Notes: generated by a model from the letters alone, not told the origin. A DNA stretch of 56,843 nt from Octopus bimaculoides (GCF_001194135.2 NC_068985.1:74191834-74248676), one strand, 5' to 3'; counted from the first letter of the stretch, positions 22,304-36,153 are shown. Translations and numbers: made by a program.

Positions 22304-22360
<57 letters not shown>

Positions 22361-22788
22361 TTTTACTCTTTAAAAAATTGTGAGGATAATAGATGTCTGT
22401 TCATTCTACACTGGTAGGACGAGCTTTTCATTTGTGGAACTAGGCATTAATTTAATCGATCATGGTATAGTTGGGTAATCTTTGTGAATTATTCTCTCGC
22501 GATCAGTGTATGACCGAAAATAATTATTTGTAAATATGCGCATATCATTACTTAGTAGTAAAGCAATGAGGCAAATATTAAAACGAGAAATAATGGAAGT
22601 ACAGGGTAACATGCAACAGAGAGAAAACCCTTGGCTCAAGCTTATAAAGAATATTTCATAAATACGGTGATCAGCAAATATTCTTTATTTTTAAATACAG
22701 CTCCAATGAAGATGAAATGAAGCTACATTATGTTCTGGATTATGGAAACTTATCCAAAGAAATTATGAATCTAGCCAAAGTTCGGTGA
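21265..22788 (+). CDS. candidate spliced transcript: exons 21265-21334, 21819-21856, 22078-22135, 22701-
   Basis: AG/GT sites with pyrimidine tracts (GTGAGT, GTAAAT, GTAAGA donors). Phases chain into IGSIYLFKNPEINLLKLFVLPYT-IQHCVAEAVISLE-IKQMGNISCYRKTKAVFHS-LQ*. An alternative frame in the last exon stays open to TGA 22786-88. No homology recognised. Confidence 0.3.
21519..21736. mobile_element. piggyBac-type MITE
   Basis: TTAA-tccttttgatacc ... ggtaacgaaaggg-TAAA: short TIRs ending in CCC/GGG-like termini and a degenerate TTAA target duplication. Confidence 0.7.
22310..22352. repeat. (CT)n microsatellite
   Basis: Directly visible. Confidence 0.95.
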
Positions 22789-23498
22789 CATTTAGAAACG
22801 GAGTATAACAAAAATGAACAAAAGTGTTGAACAGTATTAAAGACAGCACGAAGTACCTTCACGAAAAACCTTAATATATAAAAAAAAAACACAAAAACAT
22901 AGTAGCTGTCTGTGAGCATAAATAGTGTCGTGTTTCTATTGACAGTATGTCTTTAGTGGCACAGTGTAGAAGCCACGCTTGAAAGCATACAGCCTACCGT
23001 CAATGACTTTAGAATGAACGGTGACAAGATAGCATGCGATTTTATCATTCCATTATCATACAATACTGTGAGGTAGCAAATAGAAGATATGATTGTTAAC
23101 GTTAACTTTAAGCTAGCAAACGACTGAATGAATGTTATTTATATTCGTTATCATTTCATAAAAATTTCGGGCATTTCAGTGTGGATTTGCTTACAATCAT
23201 ACGGTGTGATCTTAACAGTACGATTTTGTTTTTGTTTTGTCAGTCATTACAAAAACATACAACTGTTGAATCTATTGTTAATACTCTGAAACATTTTAAA
23301 AATGAAAATAAGTTTTGGTTGTTCGTATTTGAAGCTGTCAGTACTCATGAGCTCGTATAGCGTCTGGAAAATATAGACGACTTGTATAAAATGTTCAATG
23401 TACCATAAGATACATCAGCACATAGAGAAAAGATAGCAACATCAAGAAACATGTCAGGAAGATTGAAGACAGCATTAGAAGAGGCAGAGCAAGTATTA

Positions 23499-25380
23499 TC
23501 TTAATATATAAGATCTATTCTGTCTGTCTGTCTGTCTGTTTGTGCGCTTATAACTCGAGTATTGTTCATCTGATCGCGCTGAAATTTTAAAAATGGATAC
23601 ATGAGAGAGCGGGACGTTTCGTAATCTAAAAAGATTTTCAAAATCGTTAGTTTCAAAGTGAGAATCCCTATTTTTGTAATCTATAATGTCAAGTTTGTTC
23701 CGCCAATAAAACAATCAGTTGCTTAGACAGCCAGCATATACCATTTCGCTAGCAACAGAGGGAGCACAGGATGACAGTCAACCAAAACTGTCGCTATGCT
23801 GTCTCTCTTCTTTCCTCTCTCTGTGGGGTTAATAATCTTAATTTTTAGTTACAGTTTCTCATTTAAACTACATAATAGGCGGAATTGTCGGATAAACACC
23901 GAAGGGTGTTTTGAGGGAGATTTGGCTGATATTTCTACTAGGTCTGTATTGTTATGTGACATACTGTCCTATATATTCCTTATGCTTTCCGAAACCCAGT
24001 TACACATTTTGACGTATGGGATATCAACAGATTCAGTACTATTTTGGCTACAACTTAAACTTAATTCCCATTCACATATTTGCATTTCAAATAATCTTTT
24101 CCATAAATCATCGATCGTAAAAATTTTATACGATGACGTCACATTTTCTATATGTGTGTATACCTTAAAAGACATCAGTCATAATGGCACACACCTTCAC
24201 TCACTTTATCTGTCTTTCTCACCCTCTTTCTCTCTCACATACACACGCACAAGCACGTACGCACACACACGTCCATTTCATATAGACGTACATACATCTT
24301 TCTCTTCAATTTCTGCTTTCTTCAAATAGAATTTTGACGGGTACAACTGCTTACAAAAATAGGGATTAATGTATAATTTCTTTCTATGTTCATTATTTTT
24401 TGTTTAAATATTGGGAAAAAATATACCGCCAAAGAAAGGACGTAATGTTTCCAGAAACAAGCATAAAGCAAGGAAGATTGTAGAAAACCGATGGATAAAG
24501 TCTGAAGAGAGAAACTAGATGAGATTTTCTCAACATCAGCAAATGCATGTTTCAGCACCTAACGCTGACTCATTAACTCAATGTTTTAATGATTAGATAG
24601 AGGTACAATAGAATAGCTTTCAGAAACAAACTACGTACAAATTCGTTCTTCACAACTCCTGAAGCTGTTTTCAGATATGATCCATCCCATTCTCTTAAAA
24701 TTTAATAACTCTGTCCAGATTGGCGTGCTAAACACAAGTTGTCTTTTTTGTAGAGCTTTAAAATGTTCAAATGAAACAAATGGTATGTGCTGCTCAGGTG
24801 GTCAGATATCATTGCCGGCACTCCCGGCTCCTTCTCAACCTCTAATGGATCTTCTAGAAGGCATTTCCATCAAGTCAAAGGTTTCTCTGAACAATATCAG
24901 ACAATACAACTCTGTAAATGACATCGTTTGGTGGATCTAAAAAGATATATAAACATGAATTTACGACGACGTCAAAATTCAAAGGCATTGAACCTCATTG
25001 GTACCCTGTTACCCACAAATGAGCAGCCACAGTTCCTCCAAATTTAATTTATGAGTGATGTAGGACAACAAACTCAAAGGAGGTGTCAACATTTCAGATG
25101 ATGGGTCGTGTTAGACACAACGCCGACTGTTGCAAAAGAGAGTATATCCATTGACAGCTTCGAGGTGCGTTCAAAAATCCCCTCGCCCCCACAGGTTAGG
25201 GCCTGAAATACTCCAAAGGGATGCTTAGCATGTTGCTTAGTCGAATTAGCCCATCATTTACTCCACACATGTTTTGTTGTAAATGCTGCACATTCCCATA
25301 ACACCTGTTTCAACATAACTGTAATATATTATATACAAACTGTCATTTTAATCCCGAGCAACGCCGGGTGTCTCTGCTAG
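23499..25380 (+). mobile_element. internally deleted Helitron with both termini
   Basis: Begins TC after A (23498) with a subterminal (CTGT)n tract; ends with the hairpin cccgagcaacgccggg (25353-68) and CTAG (25377-80) followed by T; contains a RepHel N-terminal remnant. Confidence 0.9.
24423..25095 (+). pseudogene. Helitron RepHel N-terminal region
   Basis: PPKKGRNVSR...IGVLNTSCLFCRALKCSNETNGMCCSGGQISLP...LNNIRQYNS/QMTSFGG...GTLLP...QFLQI*FM, typical Helitron N-terminal motifs. Confidence 0.85.
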
Positions 25381-25605
25381 TTCGTTATAAAAGCTTATTT
25401 ACTAAATCCTTGCATTTTTATGATTCATTGTGGGCGATGCCATTGAACGAATGTTTTTGTATTCTTTAATGCTTTGTTCGTCTTACATTAAATTTTTCAG
25501 TTCCATATTTTAACCTTCAGGAGAGATGCGAAATGAAGTTGGTTGCTGGTAAAATGGAAGTCATCTGAAGAGAGGTGTAATACTTCTCGGTACACTTGGA
25601 CTTAC

Positions 25606-25726
25606 AATAGTCTTGGTATGAGAGCTCGGAAGATTTAAGCCACGTTGACATACACAATTTACAATGCTTAAATGAAAGGTTTAGGAAATATATTCCTTTT
25701 CCAGTTACTATCTGATTTGTAAAAAT
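25606..25726 (-). other. candidate isolated exon (121 nt)
   Basis: Acceptor tagtttacAG, donor GTAAGT, one open frame (IFTNQIVTGKGIYFLNLSFKHCKLC...). No homology; could be chance. Confidence 0.15.
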
Positions 25727-26046
25727 CTGTAAACTATTTAACTGCAAATGACGAATATATTCTTGCTGAAATTGAGTGATACGACACTTAGATCAAGTTT
25801 ATTGGGTACAATTTAGGAGACTTTCGATTTCTTGCGAAAATGAGTTATTGACATAAAAATATATTATTTCATTCTCAATATTTATGTGAGCAGGTTCCCT
25901 ACCAGCATTCTATATAGAAGCCAAATACGAAAACTAGATATATGTGAAATTTGGGATCCAGAAAACATTAACAACGAAGTTACAACAACTGTCTCATCAA
26001 AGAAGTAAGAAGTTTATATAATTCTATTTTTTAAATGCGTATTTAC

Positions 26047-26095
<49 letters not shown>

Positions 26096-26337
26096 AACTG
26101 AGTAACGAAACTGAGAATTCGATTTTTCTACTAGTTATTAAAATTTATTCGTTAAGTAAATCGGTCTTTCTGAAACCTACGTGTTTGCATTTCAATTCAT
26201 TTAATGCAAGGTGTCCGTATCGCGGGAAATTTTGGGGCAACCTGCGTTATATAGGAAACCTGTTGTTAGATATGGCATCGAAATTGTCAACTTGTAATCT
26301 AGATACTTCATATTACCAGAAAGGTTCATAAGTTGTC

Positions 26338-27480
26338 TATGAAGGAGTGACGCTAGTACTGTGAAACCTTTTATACATTAATTTCAACACTACTTATTAA
26401 TAACTACACTGTTTCATTATAGGTATACTGACATCTAAGTATTCAAAGATGAGTTCAAATGTAACTAGAGGCTACGTCTCTCGAAAATGGACATAATTTG
26501 GAATTGTGGTGTTATCAAGTACTTCTGGAAAAGGGTTCAGCCCCCTAAGACATTCATGCTGACATGGTTACTACATCAGAAGAGGAATATTCAACATTCT
26601 CAAAAAACGGGCAGCTGAATTAAAGAGGGGAAAGGAGAGTCCTGAAGATGACCGCTGTGTGGACATCCAGCAACTCTCAACATCGAGGTAAACATGATGT
26701 ACACAACATACCAATATCCTGTGATAGAGTCTAACTTGACATGACGAACGTTTCTGCCACGTCCTCTTACATCTGATCAGGTTAAGGACATTTGGAATAA
26801 TCTGACATTGTTTGAGGTAGATCCAGCTAGTCCTCTTGAACGTTTCCTAATTTAGGATGAGTATTGGAATTATCACTTTGTGCCAGAGACGAAAAGAAAA
26901 CCTATGCAGTGGCAACAACTCTCCCCACCAGCTCCAAAGAAGGTTAAGGTATTTTCATGTGCAGGAAAGGTGATGGTTACATTTTTGGGATGCAAAAGGC
27001 ATTGTGTTTATTGACTATTTTCAAAAGGGTATTAACATCAATGAAAAGTAATATGCCAAATTACTGAGGTATATACGAAGGAGTATCCAGACAAAACGCC
27101 CAGGAAATCTCACGAATGGGGTCTTGTTTAAGTAGGTCAATGCTCCAGGACACAGGTTGTTGCTTTCACTGACTGCTCTGCGTGACTGTAGCTTTGAACA
27201 GGTTCACCACCCTCCTTATTCTCCAGAATTAGCCACATGTGACTATACAGGAATAAACATTTGGCTGGGGACCAGCATCACATTGATAATGGCGTCACAT
27301 TTTCCGTTCATTACATTTTGGGGCGAACAAGAAGAAACTTTCTTCACAAATGGTGTCCAAGTACTGCAACGTTGATAGAAGAAATTTATGTATCGCAGAC
27401 ATGGAGGTGGGGACAAAACTGAAAGATCAACTTCATTTTTTCATATTCCATGAGAGTAAGTTGTTCACACGACACCCGTA
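26338..27480 (+). mobile_element. degenerate mariner (irritans-like) with internal deletion
   Basis: ATG 26487 MDIIWNCGVIKYF...; RFLI*DEYW, GKVMVTF/WDAKGIVFIDYFQKG, HPPYSPELATCDY; eroded termini ending cccgTA. Confidence 0.9.
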
Positions 27481-28302
27481 TATTGATATCTTTTCACATG
27501 TACAGACAGTCTTTACTGAAACAATTGACACAATCCTGCATATGCACTATTGAAATTATCAGAATTACATGAGAATAACTCAAAATTTTCCCTGGTAATA
27601 TACGAGCCCATTTGTATGTTGTATGTTTGTATGCGTTTTGTATGTTTTGAGGTAACTAACCTTGTTGTTATAATGTGCAGTGAAGATTGGTCTAATTACT
27701 GTGCATATTTGCGGGCTATAATAGTTTGTGTTTTCTGTGGTCTGTCCAGACGTTTTTCTGATTTCATTAGAATCCAATCTGATTGACGTATTTGACACGT
27801 TCCTCTGTACTAGTGATAATTGGATCCTATATTATTTATGTGTCTTTAACCTTGATATCTAGCGTAACTTCTATCTTATATGTATAAGTGATTTTTAGAC
27901 GATTTAGGCGGTTTGCCATTGACATGTTTTCCTATATTTATCAACCTCACATCCATTTTGCACCTCCTATATATATTTATCACGCATAATTCCTTACATG
28001 TAATTTTTATGTATACGTAATTTTATATGTATTTTTATATTTTTATCTATTTTGTATATCTCTTCTCCATTTTATGTATGTTTGGTTTTATTCTTTATAC
28101 CCTAGGAGAATCTTCGTACTTGTACATGCATGATTTATGCTGATGTGTATAAATACATATGATTCAACTACTTTGATTGTTTTCATTTATGCGTTCGGGA
28201 ATCTGACTGCCTAAGATTTGCATTTTCAATTTTCTCTACCCTATATTCTTTTCGCATTGGCTCTCTATAAGCAGCCTATACATTTTAAGACATATTTAAT
28301 AT

Positions 28303-28304
<2 letters not shown>

Positions 28305-28344
<40 letters not shown>

Positions 28345-28445
28345 AGTGTGCGTGTGCGTGTGTGTGTGTGCGTGCGCGTGCGTATGTGTGTGTGTGTGCG
28401 TGTGTGTGTGTGTGAGGGTATGTGTGTGTGTGAGTGTGTGTGTAC

Positions 28446-28518
<73 letters not shown>

Positions 28519-28530
28519 TGTGTGTGTATG
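28305..28530. repeat. compound (TA)/(TG)/(CG)/(CA) microsatellite
   Basis: Directly visible; partly self-complementary. Confidence 0.95.
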
Positions 28531-31500
28531 TATATTAGAAACTATGAGGATATTTAGACCTCTTATAGGGATATTTTTATCCAAGATACACTCGTTTAAT
28601 ATATTGTATTTTGAAGAGATATTTCTTGAATGAATATATTATATGAAGTATAAAACATCAAATACGTATTTTAGAATGCATGATTATATGTTTATACATG
28701 TTTTGTAGTTTTAATTTTCGTTTAGAAATGAAATAATTGTAGGTAAAGATGTTAATTAATTAATAAATCAATTTCTATTTATTATATTTCTCTGTTTTGA
28801 AACTTAACAATATTATACACATATGTGCGTGTGTCTGTGCGCGTATATCACTATATCTCACCACGCGGTGTAAATATCTCTTTGCATATAGTGAAATGTT
28901 TCGCTTGAGAGATTTTTGTCCCGCTTGGTGAGATGTAGTAAAAATATGAAAGGAAGGAAAATATATAGAATGTAAATATTTTTTGTGTATCTGACCATCC
29001 CATCTACAAATACTCGAAATGTCGACACACAAAGCCAGAAAGAATGTGGCAGATAACTATTATTCAAAATTTACTTATGCTCACTAGGTATGCCAACTTG
29101 AACCACCTTATACAAACCCATAAATTAATCAAAATTAAAAAACAACCTAAATCACTAAAATATATACCATAAAATACAAAATTATGCACAACAACGGAAC
29201 AAAGAGTTATAAGATGCACACGTCTAAACTGTGGAACATGCCGCAATCTAGTGGAAGGTTCAGAATTCTAAGTCAAGCAAGGAGAGAGAGAGAGTCACAA
29301 CAAAGACTGATTTCACTCGTTGATCCGAAAATTTGATTTATGTCTTCAAGTGGTAGACACAATTATAAAGGCCAAACAAGGATGTCTCATAGATGGAGAA
29401 CTACATTTCACAAAAAACAGATTCTTTTCTCAAGCTATAAACAGATACCATTAAGCGAACACATGGTGAGATATGCGGTGAATCTCTAACTAAGCTTCAT
29501 AGTTTTCCAAATTTGCCAATGCAAGGAAACGATGTTTATACAACAACGATTAAATAAAGAGAATACATTTATTGTAAAAAACAAAGTGGGATTGAATATG
29601 TAAACATAACCAAATTTGGAGTTTGAAAATATTTTGATTCTTGACCAACTATGTATATAGTTTAATTCGTAAATTTATAACTTGGTAGTATAAATACTAT
29701 CAATTCACTTACAAATAGTAATTACTTTCCCTTCGATATATATCAGCTCGCAGATCTACCTGCCTAGACCGTGAGATGCAAGCATTTCGGCGCAGTTGTC
29801 TCCCCCGCAAATATGATGAAGAAATGTACAGTTTATGCTATACTAGACTCCATACTTTCTGTATATAACCGGAAAAGAATTATGGTATTTTTGTTTTCTC
29901 GGTGACATACAAAAAGCAGGAAGAGAAAGCGAGATAGATAGACAGAGAAAGAGAAAGAGNNNNNNNNNNNNNNNNNNNNNNNNNNNNNNNNNNNNNNNNN
30001 NNNNNNNNNNNNNNNNNNNNNNNNNNNNNGAAGGAAAGAGAGGGAGAGGGAATTCAGTAATAAGCGAAGTCTGTGTCTGAAGAAAGGAAGAAATTCACTG
30101 CTTAAACTATCTTAGATCAAACACATTTTTGAGTTAAGCACTTAGTGGCACACGTATTCATTCGTGCACACATATAAATATGTACGTATACACACTTGTT
30201 CACACATATAAATATGTACGCACACAGACACACACACTCACACACACACACACACACACACGTATGAGTTTTATAGGGTATGTTTGATTTAGCTGCCACT
30301 ATTTCATCAGTGTTTTCAAGCCGATAAATGTGAATTACCCATTACGATTGAAATATGGTAAAAGAAGTAAAGAATATATTTTCTGAATTTGAACAAAATG
30401 TTTGTTTTTTTTTTCATTTGCATTTAATTATAATTCTACATTGTTAAAGTTGACATGAGGTTTGCCAAAAACAAATAGTTCGCAAACTATGAACCTTCGC
30501 ATACTAATATCATTTATTTATTTATTTATTGCTAAATATTTTGGTATAATATGTGAACGTGAAATTATATGCAGTATTGCCAGCATATATCGCAAGAGAT
30601 GCCCGCGGAACATATTTCTAAAGCGGGAATCGAGTTAAAAACTAGTGAAATAGATATTAAAATGTTTTTATATGCTCAGACAGAAATTATTTTTTCCGAA
30701 GTTATAGGTTAAGTGGATGGCGTAAGCAATGTTATATAAGAGTAAAATAAATTTAGTTGAAATTCAATTATGCAAGTATAGAACTGTGAACAAGAATGCA
30801 ATTGACAATGAGAATTTGCTCACGGCTATATTACACGTATATCTAAGAATATCAATTATCTGCTGATGTAACCTCCACCAAAACCAGCTTGAACTGTATT
30901 AGACATGTATTATCATTTCGCTAGACTTGTGTCAAAATCAATATTTCATCTCTATTACCATCATTCCGAATTGCAAATCGTTTCACAGATATGAAATTAA
31001 TACTGAAATTCATACGATTGTAAGTTTTCTGATTATTAACTTCATCTTCAGATTGGATGTTTACAAAATGTGTGCGTTACATATCAATTTCCTCAATTTC
31101 TTTTTTTTATCATACTAAAATATTTTTGGGCAGTGGTTTGAATAGTAGTCATACAGCATCGAACAAAATGCTCTGCGGTTTTTAGTTAAGGATCAATATC
31201 GAGTCCAACCGAATCCGTACAATAAAGTAATAATCAAGTACATGAGTCGATTTAATCGACTAGAGATCATCGCACAAGATTCTAGACTTTCAACTATATT
31301 AGACATGTACACAGCAAATTGCTAGTGATGTAATTGTTGGCAAACTGGAAGAGAATAGGAGCAACAATTTCTACTCAAATTGTGGAAGTTACATAATGAA
31401 GAGCTCAACAAAGGTTGTACAGTGATAAAGCTAAAACAGGGTCAGGAACAATTAAGAAACTACATGAACTGAAAGTTCATCAATGTATACGCACACAGAT

Positions 31501-31544
31501 TTGTCTGTCTGCTACTATCTCAGGTTTCACTGGAAAATACTCAC

Positions 31545-31627
31545 CAGCAGAATCTGGCATTAATACAATGATGCTCTGAATGATAAATATATTCATCATT
31601 GCTAATGACAAAAGGCCAAATGGATAT
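31545..31627 (-). other. candidate isolated exon (83 nt)
   Basis: Acceptor aacttgaatgcAG, donor GTGAGT; two open frames (YPFGLLSLAMMNIFIIQSIIVLMPDSA or ISIWPFVISNDEYIYHSEHHCINARFC). No homology recognised. Confidence 0.2.
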
Positions 31628-31862
31628 CTGCATTCAAGTTGATTACGTTGTGAAAGAAATATTAACTGTGTATGATTATATTTATCAAATAAATAATAAA
31701 AACTCACACACGCACACACACAAACACACACACACATATAAACTTACACATACATGTGTGTATGTCTGTGTGTGTTTGTGTGCTATAATAGTCCTGTCGT
31801 CAAATGCACTGCAAGTTTATGAAGCGTAAGAGTAATAGAAGAAATCACTGTCGAATTCAGCT

Positions 31863-32269
31863 TGTTGTTGATGTTGTTGTTGTTGTTGGCACTCCGTCGC
31901 TTACGACGTCGAGGGTTCCAGTTGATCCGATCAACGGAACAGCCTGCTCGTGAAATTAACGTGCAAGTGGCTGAGCACTCCACAGACACGTGTACCTTTA
32001 ACGTAGTTCTCGGGGATATTCAGCATGACACAGTGGTGTGATAAGGCTGACCCTTTGAATTACAGGCACAACAGAAACAGGAAGTAAGAGTGAGAGAAAG
32101 TTGTGGTGAAAGAGTACAGCAGGGTTCGCCACCATCCCCTGCCGGAGCCTCGTGGCACTTTAAGTGTTTTCGCCCAATAAACACTCACAACGCCCGGTCT
32201 GGGAATCGAAACCGTGATCCTATGACCGCGAGTTCGCTACCCTAACCACTGGGCCATTGCGCCTCCACT
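31863..32269 (-). mobile_element. SINE family A, full length, (CAA)n tail, 10-bp TSD
   Basis: tRNA-like head (ggaggcgcaatggcccagtgg...ggtttcgattccc); TSD gaattcagct at 31853-62 and 32270-79. Confidence 0.95.
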
Positions 32270-32359
32270 GAATTCAGCTATAGAGCAAATATATGTCTAC
32301 GTAGAGTAATGACTTATTTTAATAAAATTAGAAACGGTTAGAATGTCTATATTGAGAAT

Positions 32360-32665
32360 ATCGTTCATGTAATGCGTACATGCATACATATACACGTACA
32401 TTCGCACATATATGCATGCATACATACATTCATACATACAAATATACATACGTTCATACGTACGTACGTACATTCTTACATAAATATATATACATCCACA
32501 CGTACATACATGCATATATGTATATGTATATATAGATACACACATAAATATATAAACATACACACATACATGTATATATGTATTATATTTATCGACCTAT
32601 CTACCTCTCTGTCTATCTATCTATCTATCTATATATATATATATCTATATATATATATATATACC
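32360..32665. repeat. degenerate (ACAT/TACG/TA/CTAT)n microsatellite tract
   Basis: Directly visible. Confidence 0.9.
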
Positions 32666-33432
32666 CAAAATTTTCAATTTAAAAGAGAGGTTTGACGCTA
32701 ATATCCATTATTATTGAAATTTATTCCTATGTCAACATTTCTGTATAAGGCTATATTTGACTGTCAAATTTAAGTCAAACATATAAATTGCCTTACACGT
32801 CTTCAGGGAAAACGTTTAAGAATAAAAGGTAAATACCAAAACATCGTCTCTAAGTCCAGTCCATATTCAAATTTGTCCTTAAATAACTCGCTAAATAAAT
32901 TCCTTCTTGAATAAAGGTTCGTTAAGGGGAGACAATCCCTCATAATATTATTAATAATATTAATAATATCATTAATAAACGATCCTCTATTACAATGGAA
33001 ATCTATACTATATTTTCTCTAGAAGCTTTTGCAAAAACCACAACTGCTATTGTTAAATTATAGATTGATATGGCCTGCCTTAAGACCTAATATTATATTA
33101 TAATGTACTATAATACCCGGTCATATTGCAATGTATTTAAACCAGCGAAATGTGTGTCTTGGAAAATATATAGATTTGGAAATGATTAAAGAACAACACC
33201 GACACATCACTGTCCCTCATAAAACCATGCACATGCGCGCACTCACTTGAAACCATTCTTCATTAGGGTCAATACATATATACAAGTATGCATGAATGTC
33301 TGTGTGCATCATTGTAATCTCTCTGGGGAGAAATAATCATTGGCTGGCATGATTAAGGTTTCAGCTGAAATTTCCGTTTCCATTATTTATACTGGAAAGA
33401 AACTAGCATTTTTCATATTATTATTTCTGCAG

Positions 33433-33485
33433 ACGATCTGAATTGCTTAATCGCTTTATTCTCTGTCGCATGGCCTCTAATCTAT
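33433..33485 (+). other. candidate isolated exon (53 nt)
   Basis: Acceptor ttatttctgcAG, donor GTAAGT; open frames RSELLNRFILCRMASNL or DLNCLIALFSVAWPLIY. No homology recognised. Confidence 0.15.
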
Positions 33486-34436
33486 GTAAGTACAATCATC
33501 GGGGTACGTCTACATATATTTATACTAAACGTTGTGTTAGCACCTGTAATAAACCCCGCCGAATCTCATATGTCCGAAACTGGTTTGGCAATATTGTATT
33601 GTTTACTTTTCCTATATGATTCAATATTCAACTCAAAATTATCAACCTTAATGGATATTTCTGAAGACTCCTGAAGAAATATTTTATATTGCGCTATGAG
33701 GTAAAGTTAGCAATCAAGCTTTGTAAATCAGCAAATATCAACAAAACGCGGAGTATCATAAAACAGACAAATATCATTTGTACTACAATACTTATATTGA
33801 CTGTTTTATTTCCTCGTTATGAGGACTATGTGTCGAGACAAACTTAAATTTTGCGTCGTTAAGAATCTTAAGTAAAGGGAAGTATGTAGTGTTTTCTTAC
33901 CGCTTCTATCAATACTTCAAAATCTACATCACTAGAGATGTTCAAGATCAACATATTTCCGGGATGCGTCATACTTCTATTTTTGAAAGAAGTAAGCATG
34001 AGTTAGAGAACAGATGAATTCAGTGTGGGGTGTGCTATGAGGAATTTAGTGAATATACCTTATTCCACTGAGTTCCTTTCAAATATTGGCATGTATAGCA
34101 CTTTGTTTTGGAATTGGTTATTGTGAAAAGGACTATAGCTATCAATAATATAATGAAACATATATGGTCGTTGACACTATAAAATGCATTAGGAAATGGC
34201 ACTAACAACGACTTACAAAAGATCCATAAATTTTACAATCACTAATGGACATAAAGAATTGTTCCCAACAAAAAGAGAAATGCAAATAAGATTATATGAA
34301 AATAACAAATAAAAAATAAAACCTTAATAAATGTGATTAGAAATGATGCACAACGACATTTAGTTTAGTATAAAATGCTTGAAGGCCCATGCCCCTATAC
34401 AGAATACATATTTATGCGTACACAAATACATTTTGA

Positions 34437-34476
<40 letters not shown>

Positions 34477-35449
34477 NNNNNNNNNNNNNNNNNNNNNNNN
34501 NNNNNNNNNNNNNNNNNNNNNNNNNNNNNNNNNNNNNNNNNNNNNNNNNNNNNNNNNNNNNNNNNNNNNNNNNNNNNNNNNNNNNNNNNNNNNNNNNNNN
34601 NNNNNNNNNNNNNNNNNNNNNNNNNNNNNNNNNNNNNNNNNNNNNNNNNNNNNNNNNNNNNNNNNNNNNNNNNNNNNNNNNNNNNNNNNNNNNNNNNNNN
34701 NNNNNNNNNNNNNNNNNNNNNNNNNNNNNNNNNNNNNNNNNNNNNNNNNNNNNNNNNNNNNNNNNNNNNNNNNNNNNNNNNNNNNNNNNNNNNNNNNNNN
34801 NNNNNNNNNNNNNNNNNNNNNNNNNNNNNNNNNNNNNNNNNNNNNNNNNNNNNNNNNNNNNNNNNNNNNNNNNNNNNNNNNNNNNNNNNNNNNNNNNNNN
34901 NNNNNNNNNNNNNNNNNNNNNNNNNNNNNNNNNNNNNNNNNNNNNNNNNNNNNNNNNNNNNNNNNNNNNNNNNNNNNNNNNNNNNNNNNNNNNNNNNNNN
35001 NNNNNNNNNNNNNNNNNNNNNNNNNNNNNNNNNNNNNNNNNNNNNNNNNNNNNNNNNNNNNNNNNNNNNNNNNNNNNNNNNNNNNNNNNNNNNNNNNNNN
35101 NNNNNNNNNNNNNNNNNNNNNNNNNNNNNNNNNNNNNNNNNNNNNNNNNNNNNNNNNNNNNNNNNNNNNNNNNNNNNNNNNNNNNNNNNNNNNNNNNNNN
35201 NNNNNNNNNNNNNNNNNNNNNNNNNNNNNNNNNNNNNNNNNNNNNNNNNNNNNNNNNNNNNNNNNNNNNNNNNNNNNNNNNNNNNNNNNNNNNNNNNNNN
35301 NNNNNNNNNNNNNNNNNNNNNNNNNNNNNNNNNNNNNNNNNNNNNNNNNNNNNNNNNNNNNNNNNNNNNNNNNNNNNNNNNNNNNNNNNNNNNNNNNNNN
35401 NNNNNNNNNNNNNNNNNNNNNNNNNNNNNNNNNNNNTATATATATATCT

Positions 35450-35680
35450 GCATATGTGGGCACAGGACGTCATGAAAGTGTACAACAAAAAACAATACGA
35501 AGTACGAGTACATGAAATATGAACTATTTTTTCGAACAACGAAAGGCACAAATGGAAAACAAGAAAAAGAACATAAAGGACGTTCCTTCATTAGTTGTTG
35601 GCTGCTTTTCTATTCTCACATTTCGTTCATTTAACAACAATATACGCTTTCGATGAAACAGTTGCACCAGCAAAGCAAAT
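35450..35680 (-). mobile_element. possible PLE pseudo-LTR remnant
   Basis: Minus has a degenerate ctaatga-aggaac...gttc-gaaa motif; the segment gcacaggac.tcatgaaa.gtgta recurs at 36395-36430. Confidence 0.3.
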
Positions 35681-36112
35681 TATATGAAATTTGGGATTTT
35701 GTAGAGAATCAAAATTGGTAATACAGACAGGACAGCGAAAACAAACAGGAAGGGCTGTTAAGCCTAAACGAGGTTGTTCGTTGTGGTGGCGAACGCATAA
35801 ATCAAGCTTGGACAGGAGACAAACAAGGACACGTCTTCCTTGTTGCAGCTACAACAGAGAGAATGAAAGAAACACAAGTTAGTAGAAGAAAGAAAGATGG
35901 CCGATGGACACGTGGGAGGCACGTGAGCAAGGGAGAACGAGTGAGGGAAATAGAGTGACAGAGTAATATGATAGAATAGTGAGAGAAGAGGAGGTAAAAG
36001 ATAAAGAGAGGGAAGGAGAGAAAAGCGAAAGAGTAAAAAGATCGTATAGAGTGCCCATCAGAATTATTACGATAGCACTTACTTTGAAGAGGATGCGTGG
36101 CGTTCAGTCATA

Positions 36113-36153
<41 letters not shown>

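Noticed and set aside
28265-28633. His-Thr, Cys-Val, Tyr-Ile and MYVC repeat ORFs (also 32297-32695, 38574-38851, 54309-54727, 55990-56220)
   Set aside because: Translations of (CA)n, (TG)n, (TA)n and (ACAT)n microsatellites.
30600-30650. cccgc...gcggg hairpin followed by CTAGT (Helitron-like 3' end)
   Set aside because: The hairpin loop is longer than typical and no matching 5' TC terminus or internal motif was found.
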